The notes beneath the pieces are model-generated. The model saw nothing but the letters and a program-made list of their open reading frames with translations, was not told the DNA's origin and searched no databases. DNA of 64,000 nt from Azolla caroliniana (lineage: Eukaryota; Plantae; Polypodiophyta), in assembly GCA_043228905.1 (NCBI GenBank), contig JBHGNT010000005.1, positions 18,352,001 through 18,416,000 of the forward strand, written 5' to 3'. Shown in pieces: positions 57,747 to 64,000 of the stretch. The position numbers and the translations under genes are program-made. Within the stretch, counting starts at the first letter, position 1. Each line of letters starts with the position of its first letter.

Positions 57747-57800
57747 ACCGCGATTCCCTCACCAGCCCTCTTTATGATTTGATGCAGAATAGACACGAGC

Positions 57801-57885
57801 ATGTATGTATGTATGTATGTATGTATAGACACGAGCATGTATGTATGTATGTATGTATGTATGTATGTATGTATGTATGTATGTA
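57801..57885. repeat. (TATG)n microsatellite at the M3 right end
   Basis: Contains a slipped second copy of the terminal ATAGACACGAGC. Confidence 0.95.
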
Positions 57886-58430
57886 GGCGAGGGCTGAAAC
57901 GCCGCTAACACACACACACACACACTTTCCCTGCCTTGCCCGCAACAACTACTGAGAAGAGGAAAACACAGAAAAGCAGAAAACAGGAAACCCTAAAAAC
58001 GAGAGCAGATCAGGCTGCCTGCTCCGTGAACAGGAGTGTCAGCAATCCATTAAAACTGCGCAGATTTGCCTGCTCTCGAACCCTAAATTATGTTGGAGAG
58101 CCTGCAAAACAGAGAGCAACACACACATACACACAAATTCACACGACAAAAGGCATACTCAGGAGAGTAAACCCGATCACCAAAGATACAGAGATACAGG
58201 AGATGAAACACTAAAGCTGGAGAAGAAATCCTCGCAGTGAGGAGGCAGGAACATGGGGGGAAGCCCCGAAACATGGGAAATGATCCTAAAACATCGGGAA
58301 AAACCCCTGAAGCAAGGGGGACTAGCAGTGTAATAATCCCCCCCCTTCCCCACACAGAAAAAGTGCACAAAAACCCTAAAACAAAGGGCCACGAAACCCT
58401 AAGAAAGAGAAGTAACGAAGCACATAGTGG

Positions 58431-60440
58431 ATGATGGGGCAAACTGGGGGAGGATCTTTTTGTGACTCACAAGAAGGAAATTCTGAAGACGCATCAATTA
58501 GGCCTGACATCATTGACGGATTTGAACGCGAAAGTGTGGCTCTTCTAGACTATGTTAACAGTCTCGAAGCTCAACTAGAGCAACAGAAGGTTAGCTTCGA
58601 ACATCGAGAAGGACGTCTGAAAGCCGATAAGAAAGCTCTTGAAGAAGACTTTGCTCAACGTGAAGCTACGCTCAAGGCGGAGAGAAGGGTTCTTGAAGAG
58701 AAGCTTCATCATACACTTGATCAACTTGGTCGAGCCCAGAAGGCGATTGCACATGAGGATCGTAAACGGTATGCCCATGTTGAAACCATTCGTAATCTCA
58801 AGCTTGATGTTCGAGCTGCCCAAGAACTCCTTCAAAATGAACGGGAACGGTCTAAGGTATATGATTAGATAGATGACTGTATATGTAGATAGTACATAGA
58901 TATATAAATGTATGTCTGGGTCTATAAGGAGATAAGATTTTGTGGTCTTCCTTGGTATATGTGCAGCATCTGATCACAGATGGATACGTTTCACTATTGT
59001 CTTCAGATGTCAAATATGAACTATGGTACCAATAAGAAAGAATGAAGATATATGAATGTCTTTTAGGGGCTAGAATGGCCCATGACATCGAGCAAGAAAT
59101 TAAGACGATATTGTTGTCTCATCTATGGGTTAGATTAGACATTGCTTCTCAGCAGGGTACAACCCTTATAGGATAAAAAGAAGGAGATCTGGACCCAAAT
59201 CTATGGGTTATTAAAAGCAGCGCTTACCACTGTGGTAATGGCCCAAATATGTGAAAGACATAAATATTTGCTGCTGTGAAGGCAGAGAGACTAGAATATT
59301 TATCATTCAAAATAGAATGAAATTGATGCACTTCGTGGAGGAGAGGATGAATGTAGGCATATGCAGACATTAATGAAAAACGAAGTTTTTAATTCCGATA
59401 CTATTAGTTTTGATGCAGATATTAATGAAGCTAGGTGTGCATTAGAAGAGAAAAAGACATAAATGGTATATTAACTTACTTGTCATATAAGTAGCTCAAG
59501 ATAATTGTAGTGGAGTCCTTGTCTCAGAAGGAAGATGTTTCTCAAAAACTTGCATTTTGGGAAAATTTACATTCTTTCGTTTTGATCCTGGCAATAAAAT
59601 GTTACTACGTTACAGGGGTTAGAAGACCAACTTGTTGAGTTCAAAGAACAATTTAGGTTGAGAGAGCAAGCACACAATAGGAGGCATCTCAAGTATGAAA
59701 TGGAAAAGGCGAAGCTGGAGGAAGAGACAGCTACACTGAAAAAAAAAGTTACACTTGGTTGGATATTGGGTTGCTTGTCAGGTACATAAAAAACTGAAAA
59801 AACAAGAGAACACAAAAAAGACATAAATGGTCAGGAACTTCAGGATTCCCTTAATATTAATGATTGGATGAATTGATGTGTTATGACACCCTAAACATTA
59901 GGATAGAAAATGAGGCTTGCCTTTCGAAAGTTTCAAAATTGCTATTCAATGATAAAGAGCCACTAATTTTATTCCCCCTCTAAATTCTAATCCTGGATCT
60001 TTTAGTTTAGTTTGGAATCTGAATGTTGCTTATTGATGGCCATGCTTCTATGTATGGCAGAGGTTTATCTCCGCATGGAGAATGAATCTGAGCCTGAAAA
60101 GGGTGTTAAGGTAATAGGTCAGCTATTTAAAGATGACGGGAAGCTTGCTAGGCTTGAATCTATCGAAAAAGAAGTTAAAAGGCTAATCAGTGATCCGGTT
60201 GCTAATCATAATCAAAAGCATCCTGCCACATCTCCAAGGAAGGTAGTTTTTTCTGTTATTTCATACATCAAAGGTTGTCTTTCGTTTGGTTATTGCAGTA
60301 CATCAAATGTAGTCTTTTTCAGTTTATCTTCATATAACGAAGGTAGGTTTTTGTTTGTTTCTCCATTTACTGTGTACATCAAATGTAGTTATTTTGGTTA
60401 CTAGTTTTCACAATTATGAAGGATAATGAGTAAATATATA

Positions 60441-60471
<31 letters not shown>

Positions 60472-60690
60472 TGATGAGGTCCATCTGTTCAGGTGCAAGG
60501 AGGTTTTGTATTAGAAAGTGAAGGAGATTTGGAATTGGATGTGTACTTGGACACATCCATTACTGTTGGGGCAACACATGGGATTAGTAGGCCGTTTCGA
60601 TATGTTCGATCTGTGATGGATTTAGAGCATGAATACCATCACCATCTACATGGAACCCAGAGTGTCTCACCTTGCCCTTTGGAAGACTAA
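58431..60690 (+). CDS. Predicted 4-exon gene for a ~323-aa coiled-coil protein of unknown function
   Basis: Exons 58431-58856, 59616-59781, 60061-60242 and 60493-60690 with GT-AG sites and matching phases (0,1,0). Several AAACCCTAA telo-boxes upstream (57988-58402). Confidence 0.7.
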
Positions 60691-61164
60691 AGAATGGCAA
60701 AATCCACTTCAAATCTATGCGAAGGATCCAAAGTTTCTTTTACTTTATTGTTGATTTTTGACTTAATTCTTGGAAGCATTTTTTATTACATAATGTAAAA
60801 CCTCAAATCAAATTCGGCTTTTTGAAAAGCCGAAGGTACGACTGAGAAGAGGAAAGATGCAATGTTGAAAAGCACTCAGGAAATGCATTATATGCTCGTA
60901 TGAAAGAATGTGATGATACTCGAGGCTTTGTACCAACTTATGGTGTCAAACTCAAATTACAATCGAGTTGTGTATCAATACCATGTAAGATAAAACAAAT
61001 TTTCAAGGAAAATAAGTTTTTATTGATTGTACTCTCTATCTTGTTGGCCATAATAACATCTACACATCTATGTCTCATACCAGGTTGATGTATAGGGAGG
61101 AGGTAGGACGGTCATAAATCAGTTTCATGTGTAGGGAAGAGGTGGGATGGTGCTATGAAGCAAT

Positions 61165-61658
61165 TGTATCATGATATAAAAACGAATTCAAATATTATAT
61201 TGAGTGAGATTTGTGAGGCTCGAAACTAAAACTTGTGTCAAGCATCGAATCGAATACAAACCATTATGATAAGGTTTTCTTTATGTCTCATTATTATAAT
61301 TGCATCTTATGTATATTCCATATGTGGTGATTGTGTCATGCATCACATGTATGCCACTTGGTGGTTATACATCACATGCATTGCATGCATTCTTACATAC
61401 ATCACATGCATGGGAAGCATGTAGTCATGAAGGAATCAATTAATCAAGTGGTTGAGAAGAAAAATACATTTATCAAGGTATTAAGTTAGCTCATTTGGAA
61501 AGTACCTCATGTCTCATGATCGAAGTCAAGGGTTGAGTCGGAGTTTGGCATAGATAAGGTGATTTTACAATTGACTATTGTAATTTTTGTAAAATCTTGT
61601 ATTCTCAATTTAATAAAGCTTATTTTTATCAATTACTCTTTACTTTTTGAATGATACA
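61165..61658 (+). repeat. Candidate solo or orphan LTR
   Basis: TGTATCAT...ATGATACA 8-bp inverted ends, AATAAA near the right end; no matching TSD. Confidence 0.35.
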
Positions 61659-64000
61659 TTATCTCCATCTCGTTGGTGCTTGTCTCTCTCATTTTCATTA
61701 CAAACTCCTTGTTCATAACCTTGATGGTTCGATGCATTGATCACGAACTTTGCGATAAAAAATTGGTGAACCCGACACGAAGTGTCAACGAAGGAGTCTT
61801 CGATAGAAGAAATGCCTAAGAGTGGCTTCAATGCAAATATGGTCAACTTCATGATTACCAGGACGAGCTGAATGGTACAAAAGCAAACTGTGGCTAACTG
61901 ATTGGAAAGTGAGTTGACACTTGTTGGTACAATCGTCGCGGGGGTTGGTTCTTGCCACTCCTCCTGTGTAAACTGCAATGCCCGCTAGCATTTAGTCTCA
62001 ATAGGCGGGGTGGATAGTGCCAAGGGCTTCTTGGAGTCGATGGCCAGGTGAGGTAGGTAGAGCACCGAGAGATAGTGAACGACTATGGCCAACAACTTCT
62101 TTCCCGCTTGTAGTGCCAAGATCCCTATGTAGAGAGCCTCTCCTTTCACAGAGCCCCAATCAATTCTCTCCCCTTGATATGCCATTGTGATGAAACCTAC
62201 CTTCTTCTTGGGCATGGCGTATGTGGTGGGGTGGACACTGGCTACTTCGAGTAGGAATTTTGCGAGTTCCTAGAAGAACTCATTTGGTCCTGCCTACTTT
62301 TAGTATGCCTTGGCCGAGGTGGAGTACACCCCAAAATATGCTTCAAGGAAATTTGGAGGTGGAACCTCCATATCATGATGGCCGCCATGTTTCAGGTTGA
62401 GTGTTGTACGAAGTTGGTCGTTGGTGAGGCGGTCGGCATTGATCCTCATACTAACCTTGTGAGTTTCTAGGTGAGGAGGCGCATTAACAACTTTGAGGTA
62501 ACCACCTAGGCCATGCCTCCTTAGCCAGGTGTGAAGCTCGTAAGAGATGTCGATTGGCATGATGTTGGCTTCTTCTGCGTTGGGAGATGCAGGGGGTGAA
62601 GAACTTTGTCAGAGAACTTGGAGAGTTTGTGCTTCTGCTACTTCTTCTTCACTCAAAATGAATCTATCCCTATGCAAAGACGGTTTTTGTAGACATTGCT
62701 TTTCCTGAGGTGTGGATGTGTGCCCTACATTCAGAATCCTTTTTGCCATTACGTTGTGTAAATGCCACACATCGGGAAAGAACTTGTACTTGCTTTCTTG
62801 AGTGTAACTGTGCATGCTCATGCAGTTAAATACTTCTTGGTGGGGTTTTGTCTTTTCATAATTACACCTAATTTACAAGTTAGGGTAGGTGGGGTCCCTA
62901 TCATGATTGTGGCGGGATGGTACCATCATCCCCTTTTTTACCTACTTTTGTCAACTCATTGTCTCGATTTTTGTTTATGAATGGATTTAGGGGTGTGGGC
63001 CAGAGATAGGGTTTCAATCTGAACCCATTGACCCATTTCAACATTACTTCTCCAGCTAAAAGTACCGATCTAATATGTCCTGGTCCATCGAAACCGTAAT
63101 GTCCCCAACATTTGTCGGAACCGTGTCTGAAAGACCAAAATACTTCTTTGCCAATGCCAAAGGATTGCTCATTACCTTTTTGGTGCCAATTGACAAAGGC
63201 TTTCTATCGATGTTGGTTCTGTTCGAGTTTGTTCAAGCTTGTGATTCATGCTTCCTCGAGCTGAGTAATTGCTCTAAATGTCTCTATTCAGACTCGGCTT
63301 CCGGTAATCACTCAATTGTCTGAACCCGCAAATTCGGCACTTGAAATTCAATTGGCATGACTACCTCCAATCCGAACGCCAATCAAAACGGGGTCGAATT
63401 TATGCTTGTTTTGTATGTCATGCGATATTCCCAAATAGCACTTTGCAATTTCTAATCCCAATCCATTCCATTCTCGTTCACGATTTTCTTTAGGATGGTT
63501 TGTAGGGTCTTGGTGGTCAATTCGGCTAGACCATTCGCTTGGGGGTAGTAGGGTGTGCTCTTCTTATGAACCACGACATAGTGATTCATGAGGTCGTGTA
63601 CCAAGTTGTTGAGGAAGTGGCTCCCCTGGTCACTTATCAATTCGATCGAACACCCATAACTGCACAAATGTTTTCATCGATGAATTTGGTCGTAGATGCA
63701 ACTGTGTTATCCCTCAGTGCTTTGGCTTCGACCCACTTGGTGCAGTAATCCGTCACAACAATGATGTAACGATTTCCCATTCGTGCCATACCCGGTTGGA
63801 ATGGGCCCACAAAACCGAGACCCCACTTTTGAAAAGGTTTGAGTGGTAGGATAGGTTGATGAGGCATTCGTGCTTGTTTTGTCGGCTACCCCATTGGCAT
63901 AAGTCACATTGCTGACAGAACTTCACCGCGTCCTTTTGCATTGTTGGCCTCCAAAAGCCACTCTTCCATACCTTTCGGGTTGTTGCCTCTCTAGCATAAT
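61659..64000 (-). mobile_element. Decayed Gypsy H, relative of C (integrase plus extra-ORF remnants), runs off the right edge
   Basis: [56 protein letters not shown] and MPKKKVG..YQGERIDW match the C extra ORF. Confidence 0.9.

Larger units (their letters stand above)
45176..57800 (+). mobile_element. Mutator-like DNA transposon M3 (ZnF-Ulp1 gene plus truncated transposase), hosting Copia G
   Basis: ~50-bp imperfect TIRs (45185-45233 / 57752-57797: CGTGTCTATT..AAATCATAAAGAGGGCTGGTGAGGGAATC). (TATG)n on both sides. Same gene order as M2. Confidence 0.8.

Noticed and set aside
57701-57886. MYVC-repeat peptides
   Set aside because: Translation artefacts of (TATG)n.

Overview
Eukaryotic, land-plant-like heterochromatic DNA. 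GT-AG introns, plant tRNA primer sites and telo-boxes point to a plant, possibly a non-seed plant, but the species cannot be read from sequence. Positions 1-37040 are a nest of LTR retrotransposons up to four levels deep. Gypsy C sits in Gypsy B, which sits in Copia D, which sits in Copia E. Copia 1 sits in Gypsy A, which is fused head-to-head with B, and Copia F plus a solo LTR sit in E. Positions 37041-57800 are three related Mutator-like DNA transposons (M1-M3) chained through (TATG)n microsatellites. M2 and M3 carry a spliced C2H2-zinc-finger/Ulp1-protease gene and a DDE-SWIM transposase; all three carry family-specific motif arrays, and Copia G sits in M3. Then come a 4-exon orphan coiled-coil gene (58431-60690) and a decayed relative of Gypsy C. 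Strongest novelty candidates: (1) Gypsy C has tRNA-3'-end sites next to both LTRs and no adjacent polypurine tract, suggesting tRNA priming of both cDNA strands; (2) the MULE zinc-finger/SUMO-protease gene with swapped cognate motif arrays, a possible targeted anti-silencing system; (3) a -1 frameshift slippery site plus pseudoknot placed after the protease in the tRNA-Trp-primed Gypsy A/B family. All alignments and counts were done by eye, and tRNA identities are from memory of plant tRNA 3' ends and need verification.
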